From the NCBI GenBank assembly GCA_044376115.1, contig JBILLK010000014.1:160001-224000 (forward strand): DNA of 64,000 nt, written 5' to 3'. Source of the DNA: Polyangiaceae bacterium (GTDB lineage Bacteria; Myxococcota_A; Polyangia; Polyangiales; Polyangiaceae). The position numbers and the translations under genes were made by a program. Position 1 is the stretch's first letter, and every line of letters starts with the position of its first letter. This document shows positions 1-9,215 of the stretch, piece after piece. The notes beneath the pieces were generated by a model. It saw only the letters and a list, made by a program, of their open reading frames with translations. It made no database searches and was not told the DNA's origin.

Positions 1-1
1 A

Positions 2-67
2 GGCCTCGCGTACGGACTCCTTCAGGAGCCGAACTGCGGCTACGGGAACAACATCGTCTGCTGGTGA
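2..67 (+). CDS. 3' end of a gene entering the window (hypothetical)
   Basis: Open frame GLAYGLLQEPNCGYGNNIVCW with TGA at 65-67; too short to assign. Confidence 0.5.
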   Translation, partial: GLAYGLLQEPNCGYGNNIVCW

Positions 68-191
68 GAGTTCGCCGTGGGCGCTGCTTGGCAGCACCCG
101 ATTGACACGCACGGAGCAGCGCTGGTTCTTTGGGCCAGCGCTGCGTTCGCTTTGTTCATTTGGCTCGGAACGGTTGGCGCCCAAACCGATA

Positions 192-231
192 GCGATACGA
201 GTCCGAAACACGCGATACGAGTCCGAAACAG
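192..231. repeat. 20-bp tandem duplication
   Basis: GCGATACGAGTCCGAAACAC / GCGATACGAGTCCGAAACAG, 19 of 20 identical. Confidence 0.9.
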
Positions 232-336
232 CGTCTACATGCCAAGCCCAACCGACGTTCTGGGTCGCATGGAACGAGTGAGGCACGCACCCTGGAAGGC
301 TGCGTGCCTCAGATTGAAGAACCGCTAGGTCAGGCG

Positions 337-1278
337 TTAGTCTCGCCCGACAACTCGCTCCCAAAGCGGCTCGTTACTCGAGAAAAGCGTGTCCCTCTCG
401 ACCTTGAGGAAACGAGAGAACTCAACCGTACGAAGGCTTCGATCTGAGTCGAGGTCGGGAATCTCGGTTCGCATGATGCGAACGTGAACTTGCTCAAGCA
501 GGACGATGCCGTCCTTCTCATACGAAATGTCCGTGCTGAGGTGGTACTGCGCGTAGAGCCCGCGTTCGCTGACCGACGGAACGATAGCCGTTCGATCCGT
601 GTCGACCACTGCCCCCTCGATCAACCGTCCACGCCGCGGAAGAAAGAAGTATGCGCGCTTGCGGCAGGTCTCGGCTTCCGCATCGCACTCGGTTGTTTCA
701 GCCACCACGATCGTCTCATTGCCAACGCGAGCGGTCTGAAACCGCGTGGCCTTCGGGCCTCGAAAACTACCAACACCGTAAATCTCAGCGTTGTCACCGA
801 AGGCACGGGCTAGCGCGATCGGGCCACCTTCCTCCCCGTTCTCAAACTTCAAGGAACGGAGCCAAAGGATGCGCATCCCGTTCGGGCCGGTGTTGATCGT
901 CATGTCATCGGGATCAACCACCCTCGGCCAACCGCGATCACTGACGCCGCCGCGCAACGACTCATTCGCAAACACGTAGTTACCCGTGCAATCGAGCGAC
1001 GTGGGAGTAATTCCCTCTTCGTCGTTGTAACCGGGCACCATCGTTTCCAGCCATTGCGCTGGGTCCAAGTCGCGCACGACCGTTCCCTTGCGCGACTCGT
1101 CTCCCACCGGAGGCAGCTTCGACCGGCAAACCGAAATGGGGGTGACGTACCGCAGCTCCACCTGCGTTTTCTGGTTCTCAAACGGCTCCGTGCAGCCGCC
1201 AAGCAAGGTCAAAAGAAGAGCCCCGCATTCGGCTTTCACCGAACGAGAAACACCTGAGCGTTTGATGGAGCCAACCAT
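337..1278 (-). CDS. Uncharacterised lipoprotein, divergent from hcp
   Basis: 313 aa; lipobox-like LLLTLLGGC; beta-rich mature part with paired Cys. Confidence 0.75.
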   Translation of the reverse strand: MVGSIKRSGVSRSVKAECGALLLTLLGGCTEPFENQKTQVELRYVTPISVCRSKLPPVGDESRKGTVVRDLDPAQWLETMVPGYNDEEGITPTSLDCTGNYVFANESLRGGVSDRGWPRVVDPDDMTINTGPNGMRILWLRSLKFENGEEGGPIALARAFGDNAEIYGVGSFRGPKATRFQTARVGNETIVVAETTECDAEAETCRKRAYFFLPRRGRLIEGAVVDTDRTAIVPSVSERGLYAQYHLSTDISYEKDGIVLLEQVHVRIMRTEIPDLDSDRSLRTVEFSRFLKVERDTLFSSNEPLWERVVGRD

Positions 1279-1369
1279 GAGAACCGATTGGTAACACGAC
1301 CGCGGAAAAGGGAAAAATTGTCGCTGGTAACAATCGTAAGGTCGGCCTCAACGTCGGAGCTGGTGCGAC

Positions 1370-1385
1370 AGCATTGTTCGTGCCA
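1370..1385 (-). promoter_or_regulatory. Candidate sigma54 (-24/-12) promoter for the 337-1278 lipoprotein
   Basis: Minus strand TGGCACGAACAATGCT versus consensus TGGCACG-N4-TTGC(A/T); exact GG-N10-GC spacing. Confidence 0.6.
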
Positions 1386-1454
1386 GGCCAGCACGCGATA
1401 CTGCCGCATTTTAGGCTGGAAATGGCTAGAACACAGTATCTCACTTTATTGAGC

Positions 1455-1490
1455 CGGCACAGTTGACGCGAACTAAAACCAGCTTAGCCT
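1455..1490 (+). promoter_or_regulatory. Candidate hcp promoter (weak sigma54 site overlapping a sigma70-like site)
   Basis: CGGCACAGTTGACGC (GG-N10-GC) at 1455-1469; TTGACG-N16-TAGCCT at 1463-1490. Confidence 0.35.
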
Positions 1491-1668
1491 CTTGACTTGT
1501 TACCTTGGTGCTCGGGCCAAGGGCGCACGTGCTCGGGGAGGGAAGGTTGCCCTGTCCGCGGCGTGTTCAACCACCGGGAATATCGGCTAGCCAGTCTCGC
1601 TTAGCTCGTCCGGCAAAGACGCCGAGCGCTCTATCCAAGATGAAGCAACCGAGGAGTTGATTCAAGAA

Positions 1669-2175
1669 ATGGCACTCAACGCCTACTTCAGCGCGGTTCA
1701 GGGAGAGAAGCAGAACAATTTCAAGGGCGGCGTGATCCAGAAGGGCCGTGAAGGCTGGATCGAGATCATCGCCTGCAGCCACAACATCATGAGCCCGCGC
1801 GATATCGCAAGCGGCCAGGCGACCGGCAAGCGCATCCACGCTCCGATCACCACCCGCATGTACTACGATCAGTCGCTGCCGATGTGGCACCAGGCGCTCG
1901 TTTACAACGAGTCACTGAAGAACGTAGTGCTCGCCTTCTTCTCGGCCAACAAGCTCGGCACCGCCGGCGGTCAGGGTGTTGAGACCTTGACCTACGAGGT
2001 GAAGCTCACCAACGCGTTCGTCTCGAAGATTGAGTTCGAGATGTTGAACAACAAGAACCCCGACCTCCAGCGCTACGAGAACATGATCGTAGTGAGCCTG
2101 GTCTACCAAAAGATCGAAGGCACCTGGAAGCTCGGAAACAAGGTTTGGCAAGACGATTGGCTCGCTCCCAACTGA
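1669..2175 (+). CDS. hcp: Type VI secretion tube protein Hcp/TssD
   Basis: MALNAY..QGEKQ..GREGWIEI..SPRD.ASGQATGKRIHAPIT..YEVKLTNA..VSLVYQKI..W..DDW pattern; GAGGAG upstream; ATG at 1669. Confidence 0.93.
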   Translation: MALNAYFSAVQGEKQNNFKGGVIQKGREGWIEIIACSHNIMSPRDIASGQATGKRIHAPITTRMYYDQSLPMWHQALVYNESLKNVVLAFFSANKLGTAGGQGVETLTYEVKLTNAFVSKIEFEMLNNKNPDLQRYENMIVVSLVYQKIEGTWKLGNKVWQDDWLAPN

Positions 2176-2200
2176 GCTGACTTTCAAAACCAACTCGTGC

Positions 2201-2240
2201 AAACTGCCAGTGCGCTTCTGCGCGCTGGCAGTTTGTCTTT
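2201..2240 (+). terminator. Intrinsic terminator/attenuator between hcp and tssE
   Basis: 15-bp stem AAACTGCCAGTGCGC-TTCT-GCGCGCTGGCAGTTT (one G-U) followed by GTCTTT. Confidence 0.75.
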
Positions 2241-2250
2241 GTGGGGACCC

Positions 2251-2676
2251 ATGTCGAACTCGCTTTTCACGAAACTCGAACGGGCGGCGGACCCGCACAG
2301 CAGTGAACGCAGCGCCTGGCGGGCAGAGGATCTCGCGACCTCGGTCGTGTCACATCTGCGAACCATGCTGAGCACGCGTCAGGGCTCTTCGCTTACGTGC
2401 CCCGACTACGGCGTTCCAGACGTTACCCACCTGCTCCACGACATGACGGAGGCCGTCGGACTGATGCAGCGGGGGGTGAAGGCTAGCATTCAGCTCTACG
2501 AGCCTCGCCTCAAGAACGTTCAGATTCGACATGTGCGCAATACGAACGACGTTGGAATGCCCGCAATGATTTTCGAGGTCAGCGGACACATCCTCCTTCC
2601 GGATGGCCGTCGGCAACCGGTGAGGATTGGCGCCTCGCTCGACGAGCATGGCAACGCTCAGCTACAAGAGATGTAG
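2251..2676 (+). CDS. tssE: T6SS baseplate subunit TssE (gp25-like)
   Basis: SVVSHLRTMLSTRQG..PDYGVPD..IQLYEPRLKNV gp25 signature; start moved to ATG 2251, after the hairpin. Confidence 0.9.
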   Translation: MSNSLFTKLERAADPHSSERSAWRAEDLATSVVSHLRTMLSTRQGSSLTCPDYGVPDVTHLLHDMTEAVGLMQRGVKASIQLYEPRLKNVQIRHVRNTNDVGMPAMIFEVSGHILLPDGRRQPVRIGASLDEHGNAQLQEM

Positions 2677-2725
2677 AACACCAGTTGACAGGGAACGGGT
2701 GGTTCGAGTCGACTGAGTCCGCCGG

Positions 2726-4495
2726 ATGTTCAACAAGTACTTCCAGGACGAGCTCGCGTATCTGCGCGATCTCGGCAAAGAGTTTGCGTCAGCCTACCCT
2801 GGCATCGCACCCATGCTCGCAGAGCGTGGCGGCGACCCGGACGTTGAGCGTCTGCTAGAAGGCACGGCCTTCCTCTCGGGGAAGATTCGTCAAAAGATCG
2901 ACGACGAACTGCCCGAGGTCATCCACTCAGTGGCAGCGCTGCTCTTCCCCCACTACGTGCGGCAAGTTCCCTCGACCAGCATCGTTGAGTTTACGCCACT
3001 ACCCAACGTCGTCCGCGAACGCCTTGTGGTGCAGCGCGGCGCCGAAGTTGGATCCGTTCCGGTAGATGGCGTCTCCTGTCGGTTTCGCACAACGCAAGAA
3101 GTTGAACTCCTTCCTGTAGCGATTGACGACGTGCGCGTCGACACGGGCCAAACCCTTGCGCAGACGTTGAGGATTGAGTTGCGCATGACCGGCGGCGCGA
3201 ACTTCGCTGCCCTGAATCTCAAAGCCATTCGCTTCTACATCCACGGCGATCGGCGACTCCAGGATGACCTTCGCCTATGGCTTGGAGAGCACGTTGATAG
3301 CTTCGCTCTCGCGTCGGTTGATAGCTCGGGGAAGGATCACGTCCTCACCGTGCCGCAAAGGCGCTCGCTCGAGCTCATCGGCTTTGCTGAGGAGCAAGCG
3401 CTCATCCCCTACCCCGACACGGTGTATCCAGGTTTTCGGCTGCTGCAGGAGTACTTCACCTTACCGCAAAAGTTTGCGTTCTTTGAGGTTGGTGGATTCG
3501 ACAAGATCGTTGGGGAGAAGGTCGGGGAGCGATTCGCTATCCTGATTCAGTTCAAAGACTCCTTGCCACCGAACACGCGAGTGACGAAGGAGAACTTCAA
3601 GCTCTTCTGTTCGCCGGTGGTAAATCTGTTTTCCCATCCGGCGGACCCGATAAAGCCTGACCAGGCCAAACACGAATACTTGGTGCGACCGTCGGGAGGA
3701 GATCCCAGCGGCTACGAGATGTACTCGATCGACAACGTGATCGGCATCGCGCGCAAAACCAGCCAACGCGTGAAGCTTCCAAGCTTCTTGTCGTTTGAGC
3801 ATGAGATCGAGCCAGAAGCGGCAGAGCGTGGAGTCTTCTACCAGCATCATCTGCGACCGGCCGCGGTAGGGGATGGAGCCGACGTCTACTTGTCGTTTGG
3901 CACGCCAGCAGACGTTAAAAACCTACCGGACTTTGACGTGATCAGCATCGAGGCAACGTGCACAAACCGTCGCCTGCCTGCGCAGCTAAAGCTGGGAGAT
4001 CTGCGGGTCTCGACGGCAACCTCACCTGCCGTTGCGACCTTCGCAAACGTTGCCCCGGTTACGCCGCCCCTCCCACCGCCAATCGGACGTGAGCTTCAGT
4101 GGCGTGTTCTTGCTCACATGGCGATGACCTATCGCTCCATCGCCGAGCTGGATGTGCTTCGTGGAACGGTTGATATCTACAACTTTCAGGCGCTGATCGA
4201 CCGCCAGGCAGCCCGTGCAAACCAACTGCGCGTTGCCGCTATCAAGTCGGTGGAGGTAAGCCCCACCGACAGACTTTTTCGTGGAGCCCCCATTCGGGGC
4301 ATTGCTGCTCGTATGGAGCTTGAAGAAGGTGGTTTCGCTGGCGAAGGGGACATGTACCTTTTCGCGAGCATCTTGAACGAAATGTTTGCTTCCTACGTCG
4401 CCCTCAATTCGTTCACCCAACTTACTGTGACGGGACAAAACACCCGCGTGGAATACAAATGGGAGCCGAAGAACGGGCACCGCTACCTGATCTGA
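2726..4495 (+). CDS. tssF: T6SS baseplate subunit TssF
   Basis: MFNKYFQDELAYLR.LGKEFA..DPDVERLLEG.AFL, GFRLLQEYFTLPQKF, LFCSPVVNLF, LNSFTQL; 589 aa. Confidence 0.96.
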   Translation: MFNKYFQDELAYLRDLGKEFASAYPGIAPMLAERGGDPDVERLLEGTAFLSGKIRQKIDDELPEVIHSVAALLFPHYVRQVPSTSIVEFTPLPNVVRERLVVQRGAEVGSVPVDGVSCRFRTTQEVELLPVAIDDVRVDTGQTLAQTLRIELRMTGGANFAALNLKAIRFYIHGDRRLQDDLRLWLGEHVDSFALASVDSSGKDHVLTVPQRRSLELIGFAEEQALIPYPDTVYPGFRLLQEYFTLPQKFAFFEVGGFDKIVGEKVGERFAILIQFKDSLPPNTRVTKENFKLFCSPVVNLFSHPADPIKPDQAKHEYLVRPSGGDPSGYEMYSIDNVIGIARKTSQRVKLPSFLSFEHEIEPEAAERGVFYQHHLRPAAVGDGADVYLSFGTPADVKNLPDFDVISIEATCTNRRLPAQLKLGDLRVSTATSPAVATFANVAPVTPPLPPPIGRELQWRVLAHMAMTYRSIAELDVLRGTVDIYNFQALIDRQAARANQLRVAAIKSVEVSPTDRLFRGAPIRGIAARMELEEGGFAGEGDMYLFASILNEMFASYVALNSFTQLTVTGQNTRVEYKWEPKNGHRYLI

Positions 4496-5568
4496 AAGCG
4501 GCCCTTGGCCCTTTCATCGAGCGGGGAAGCCGGTATGGCTTCTATCAGCTCTTGTATCTATTGGAGCGCGTTCACAGTGACGCGCCAGCCATCGGTGGCC
4601 ACGGCCCGGCGGCGCTAGAACGGGTGCGCGTTCGGCCTAACGCATCGTTGAGCTTTCCGGCGAGCGACGTGCACTCCGTGAGTTCCATCCAAGGGGCCGA
4701 TGGCGTCGAGCGCACCCGCGTCACCACCACCTTCTTGAGCCTCTACGGGACCTCGTCGCCGCTCTTCTCACAGATCAGCGAGAACATCGCGATGGAGGAG
4801 TACCAAGGCCAAGCTCAACCGGTTCGCGATCTGATCGACGTGATTCATCACCGGATTCAGACGCTGCTGTATCGCACCTGGGCGAAGTACCGGCTCTACG
4901 TCAACTACCGCTCGAAGGGGGAAGACCCTTTCACCAAGCGGATGTTGTGCGCGGCTGGAATCGACGGCTTCGGTCCACACAGCCCACCGATCCACAAGTT
5001 TCTTTTTCTGCGTTACGCCCCCCTCTTGGCTTGGCGTGCCCGAAGCGCGCGTGGCCTCAACATGGCCCTGCACGAGATGTTCGGAAACATGGGCGTGAAG
5101 ATCGAGCAATTCGTCGGCGCGTGGACCCCAATCGAGAAGCCGTATCGAAACCGACTAGGCGAAGCCAACGCAAACTTGGGCCAATCCCTGACAATCGGTC
5201 GATACGTGTTCGACGCGTCCAGCCGCTACAAGATTGTGCTTGGTCCGCTTGGGTACGATGACTACCTGGCGTTCCTTCCGGGAGGCCACAAGCGGCCTCT
5301 CTTGCGTGGTATCTGCGCCGTCTTCACGCGTGGCATCTACGACGTCTTGCTCGAGCTCCACGTTAAACCAGACGCCGCTCCACGCTATCAGCTTGGCTCA
5401 CCGCGAGCCTCGACGCTCAAGCGAACGGCCTGGCTGGGTGGACCCAAGAAGCCCTTTGTGTTGACGGTTCCGCTGGATGATCCCAAACCGGAACCGGAGA
5501 ACGATGAAGAGACTGAGCGTGCTGAGCCCCCGCCCAACCCGTTCGAGGAAGTCGAAGCGCTCGGCTGA
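4459..5568 (+). CDS. tssG: T6SS baseplate subunit TssG
   Basis: FYQLLYLLE, SLSFPASDV, FLSLYGTSSPL, D.IHHR..LLYRTW.KYR, YLAFLPGG; overlaps the tssF end; acidic Pro-rich tail. Confidence 0.92.
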   Translation: MGAEERAPLPDLKAALGPFIERGSRYGFYQLLYLLERVHSDAPAIGGHGPAALERVRVRPNASLSFPASDVHSVSSIQGADGVERTRVTTTFLSLYGTSSPLFSQISENIAMEEYQGQAQPVRDLIDVIHHRIQTLLYRTWAKYRLYVNYRSKGEDPFTKRMLCAAGIDGFGPHSPPIHKFLFLRYAPLLAWRARSARGLNMALHEMFGNMGVKIEQFVGAWTPIEKPYRNRLGEANANLGQSLTIGRYVFDASSRYKIVLGPLGYDDYLAFLPGGHKRPLLRGICAVFTRGIYDVLLELHVKPDAAPRYQLGSPRASTLKRTAWLGGPKKPFVLTVPLDDPKPEPENDEETERAEPPPNPFEEVEALG

Positions 5569-5619
5569 ACCTCTAGCCCAACCCGTTCGAGTAAGCGGAA
5601 GCGCTAGGCTTGAGCGCGC

Positions 5620-6339
5620 TCAGTAGACGATCATGCTCGAGATCGCGGCGTTTACTTCATCGCCGATCGTCTCGATATCACCGCGGTGGACAACCTGAAC
5701 GAGCAACACCCGCTTGTCGGATCGGACGAGGATCTCTGTCGCGTACGACTTGAGGTTCTCCGGTTTCGACTTCACGGTGGACTCCACAATGTAGGACCGG
5801 CCCTGTGAGTTAGCTGTCCCAATGGGGTGCCGTGACGCGAGGAACTTACCGAGCAGGTCACGCGTCTCGCTCTCGTAGCGCTTCTCGACTTCGGACCACG
5901 GATCGGTCGGAGGGTCCACTCGCTCGAGAATCGAGAAAATGAACTGCCGCGGCGACTGATAGGAAATGAAGCGCTTTTCGGCTGTGTAGTCAGCGTCGCG
6001 AATCGACCAGTCAATCGGGCGGGCGAGCCGAACGTCGCCATCCAACACCCCAACCCCGACGAGACGAGGCACGGTGATGCTCTTTTCCTCGTCCATTTTC
6101 GGGAAGTACACCTCGTAGCTGCGGTTCTTGTCGATGACGCCACCGCCGTGCAGGTAGAAGACCTCGTCTTCCTTCGGGGCTGTCGGGGCGCCGCCGCACG
6201 CGGCGAGTGCAAAGCTCAATGACGCGAGCGCGCAAAGTCGATGGGTAACCACGCCCCCACGATATGCGAGGGCGAGGGGCAAAGCCAAGTTGGCTGCGTG
6301 CACCAGGCCAAGCGCCACCCTTCGGAGGCTAGACGTCAC
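5620..6339 (-). CDS. Uncharacterised lipoprotein (true start probably near 6250)
   Basis: Lipobox SFALAAC; coherent globular domain. Confidence 0.7.
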   Translation of the reverse strand: MTSSLRRVALGLVHAANLALPLALAYRGGVVTHRLCALASLSFALAACGGAPTAPKEDEVFYLHGGGVIDKNRSYEVYFPKMDEEKSITVPRLVGVGVLDGDVRLARPIDWSIRDADYTAEKRFISYQSPRQFIFSILERVDPPTDPWSEVEKRYESETRDLLGKFLASRHPIGTANSQGRSYIVESTVKSKPENLKSYATEILVRSDKRVLLVQVVHRGDIETIGDEVNAAISSMIVY

Positions 6340-6383
6340 GCGGAGTTTGCCCCAGGGGGGTGCAATGAAATATCGTCAGCACC

Positions 6384-6995
6384 ATGTCCGGTGTTTGGGA
6401 TTTTCGTGCGCGCTGCGCAGCGTTGGCTGGTCTCCTACTCTCGGTAGGGTGTCAGCCAGGGCTCACCTCTGGAATCGACTATCCAGACGTGTCCGACGTC
6501 GAGTTGGACGACTACTTGCTCACGCCTGAGGGAGCGCAGGAGCCTTCTGTTTCCCTTACCCACTTCAAGTTCTCCAAGAAGAGCTGTGAGGGCATCGACA
6601 CCAGGATGGCCCTGGCAGATCTCGACCAGGAAGACCTGACGCGGTTCTTCGCGTCACGCGGGCTTAACCTCAAACCTAGGAAGGCGCGCGGAGATCTCTA
6701 CTGGTACGAAATCACCAGCCAGGAGGAGGGTGAGGAGCCGGAAGTCTTGCGTCTCCGTTTGGCCGTCCTCAAGGATCGATTCGCGGCGGCGAAGGACCTT
6801 CATGATTCGCTGCTGCAGCACGGCCCGGGTTGGTGGGGACTGCGACGCGGGAACCTCGCCCTGTTGGCACCCAAGTCCGACCTGGGCAACGCCGTCCGCT
6901 TTGCGGTGAAGTACAAGCTGCAGTGTTGGGGCTCGTTCACCTACGCTGGGGTTGACGACGCGTACGTTGTTGCTGGCGGATACACCGAGTTTTGA
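6384..6995 (+). CDS. Uncharacterised lipoprotein
   Basis: Lipobox LLLSVGC; 203 aa. Confidence 0.75.
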   Translation: MSGVWDFRARCAALAGLLLSVGCQPGLTSGIDYPDVSDVELDDYLLTPEGAQEPSVSLTHFKFSKKSCEGIDTRMALADLDQEDLTRFFASRGLNLKPRKARGDLYWYEITSQEEGEEPEVLRLRLAVLKDRFAAAKDLHDSLLQHGPGWWGLRRGNLALLAPKSDLGNAVRFAVKYKLQCWGSFTYAGVDDAYVVAGGYTEF

Positions 6996-8005
6996 GCTTC
7001 GGAGATCGTTCGATGAAATCCCTACCGAGGTCAGCAATGCAAAACCGCGCAGGACGTACTCCACGTGAAGAGTCCGCGCCAATCACTCAAAACCGCAGCG
7101 CGCGGTTGGTGATGCGTGTCCTGCTGGCGACATCCAGCCTCTTGCCGATCGCGATTGTGTCGGCCGGTGGCTGCGACTCGCCGACGCAGTTCGACGATTT
7201 TTGCGGCTGGATTCGCGACGAGGAGAATTGCTACCGCGAGTTCTTCATCGACGTCGAGACCAAGTGTGGAGCAACGCCTACGACCCAAGCGGGGCAGTTC
7301 CTGACTCGCGAGAAGTTGGATCTGTGTGTCCTCACGGGCGGCGGGCAAGTGCTATTCGATCCGCCGATTGATCTAGCCAGTCCCCCCCCCGACAACCTCG
7401 CGCCGATCAAGGTCAAGATGATCAACGCCGACGCGACCAAGTGCGGCGAAATCGAGTTCCGCGCTAAGTACGACTTTTCAATTACGATCGAGGGAGACCC
7501 AATACCTGCGGGCACCGACCCAGCCGATCTCGGCGATGAGTTCATTGTCGGTGGGACCTTCAACATATCGGGCGGTAAAGACTCCGATACGCTCGCCGTG
7601 ACTTGCCCAACGCTGGGAATTTCTGCGAGCTCCTTCAACTTCAATCGGCTTCAGCTCGCCGACTGCCCAGGCGTCCAAGCGATCGCGCCGCAGGCGGAGC
7701 TGCAGTTCAATTCTGGTGGCGTGGAGACGGCCGGAGTCGTACGGCTCTTCATCTATTACCCGCCCATTGAAGGAGAGCTCGAGGACGCGAGTCCTGTTCC
7801 CATCAACTACTACGAATGCATCATCCCCGCTGCTCCGCCCTTCTGTGAAAACGGGATTCAGGATGGCGCAGAAACCGACGTCGACTGCGGTGGCAGCTTC
7901 TGCGCGAAGCGGTGTGAGGACTCGCAGGCGTGCATCGGCAACGACGATTGTCTGAGCAAGGTTTGCTCGCTTCAGGAAGGCCTGAAGAAGTGCGCTGGGC
8001 CCTGA
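6992..8005 (+). CDS. Cys-rich secreted/lipoprotein with a C-terminal myxobacterial disulfide repeat (start may be downstream, e.g. 7112)
   Basis: IVSAGGC lipobox; CENGIQDGAETDVDCGG..C..C..DC.S..C motif. Confidence 0.75.
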   Translation: MSFGDRSMKSLPRSAMQNRAGRTPREESAPITQNRSARLVMRVLLATSSLLPIAIVSAGGCDSPTQFDDFCGWIRDEENCYREFFIDVETKCGATPTTQAGQFLTREKLDLCVLTGGGQVLFDPPIDLASPPPDNLAPIKVKMINADATKCGEIEFRAKYDFSITIEGDPIPAGTDPADLGDEFIVGGTFNISGGKDSDTLAVTCPTLGISASSFNFNRLQLADCPGVQAIAPQAELQFNSGGVETAGVVRLFIYYPPIEGELEDASPVPINYYECIIPAAPPFCENGIQDGAETDVDCGGSFCAKRCEDSQACIGNDDCLSKVCSLQEGLKKCAGP

Positions 8006-8040
8006 CGACTGGGTAGCGACGCCAACCGAAGGTTCGAGAG

Positions 8041-8066
8041 AGAGCCGGCCCCGGGAGCCGGCTTTT
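8041..8066 (+). terminator. Intrinsic terminator between convergent genes
   Basis: AGCCGGC..GCCGGCT stem followed by a T run. Confidence 0.65.
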
Positions 8067-9215
8067 CTATGAGACCAACAGCTTCACAACGAGGGTGGTG
8101 CTGCCCAAACGCAGCCGGTCGTTGTCGTGCAGCTGCCGCTGCTCGCCCGAACCAAGCTTTTGTTCGTTCAAGAACGTGCCGTTTCTTGAGCCGTCGTCCT
8201 GAACGTAGGCCTGCCCGGTGGCAGGGTCAGCGTTGATCGACGCGTGACGTGAAGACGAACTTGCGTCGTTTATACCAATGTCGACGCGGTCTGAACCCGC
8301 ACGCCCAAGCTGTGTCCGCCCAGAACGAATGGACCAAAAGATCCCATTGGGCTCGTTCTGAAAGGTCACTAGAAAGCCGACAAGAATGCCCGAGCCGGTG
8401 GAGGGAGCCATCGGGGCTCGCGCTGGGCCGGAAAGCGCACCAGGACCCTCTTGAAGCGCCGCAGGAGGAACGGGCGGCGGCGGTGCAACAACGGGCGGTG
8501 GCGGACCAAACCCTGGCCCCTGAGCGACCATTGGCGGCGCCGGGGAAGCGAGGCCGGCGCCACCGACGAAGCCAACGATCGGTGGGGGCGCAACAGGTCC
8601 ACCCCCACTCATCGGCGGAGGCCCTTGCAGCTGCGGCGCGAGCATCTGACCCGACACGTTGGGTGGAGGGGCGAACGCAGGCGCTTGCGGGTAGCCTCCC
8701 TGTTGAGGATAGCCCGGAGGCTGCTGCGCAAAGCCAGGAGGTGCTTGCGGGTAGCCTTGCGGAACCGGTGGCATGCCGGGTGGAGCACCGAAGCCCACGA
8801 CAGCCGGCGGCCCGGCTAACCCGACCGGCGCCATCGGAGCCTGCGGCATCGGAGCCTGCGGCATCGGAGGTGCCGCTTGTTGCTGGCTTGGCGCTGGCGG
8901 CGGTGCCCGCCCAACGGGCGCCATCGCCGCCCAGGGCGAAAGCGGGATCTCTCCGCCAGCTCCGCCCGCCGAAAAAGCAACGGGTGCTCCGCCAAAGCCA
9001 CCCCCTCCGGGTGGGGCTGGATACCCACCACCAGCGGGTTGCGCGTACGCTCCAGCGGCCGGACCGGGAACGGGAGGCGGGGCAAAGGCAGCAGGCGGTG
9101 GTGGTGGAGCGGGCGCAGCCGGCCCAGGGGCAGCGCCAGGCATCGCATTGCCGCACATGTTGCAAGACGGATCCGTGTCTTGCAGCATCCATCCGCAACT
9201 AGGGCAGGGCCTCAT
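8067..9215 (-). CDS. Zinc-ribbon + Pro-rich linker + C-terminal FHA domain protein
   Basis: CPSC..CNMC at the N-terminus; FHA motifs LGR, SSRHA, GSRNGTFLN, L.DND.LRLG; start re-assigned to MRPCPSC. Confidence 0.85.
   Translation of the reverse strand: MRPCPSCGWMLQDTDPSCNMCGNAMPGAAPGPAAPAPPPPPAAFAPPPVPGPAAGAYAQPAGGGYPAPPGGGGFGGAPVAFSAGGAGGEIPLSPWAAMAPVGRAPPPAPSQQQAAPPMPQAPMPQAPMAPVGLAGPPAVVGFGAPPGMPPVPQGYPQAPPGFAQQPPGYPQQGGYPQAPAFAPPPNVSGQMLAPQLQGPPPMSGGGPVAPPPIVGFVGGAGLASPAPPMVAQGPGFGPPPPVVAPPPPVPPAALQEGPGALSGPARAPMAPSTGSGILVGFLVTFQNEPNGIFWSIRSGRTQLGRAGSDRVDIGINDASSSSRHASINADPATGQAYVQDDGSRNGTFLNEQKLGSGEQRQLHDNDRLRLGSTTLVVKLLVS

Noticed and set aside
192..231. CRISPR-like repeat
   Set aside because: Only two abutting copies, no spacers and no cas genes.
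77..328. 83-aa ORF
   Set aside because: No recognisable motif and it spans a non-triplet 20-bp duplication; probably intergenic.
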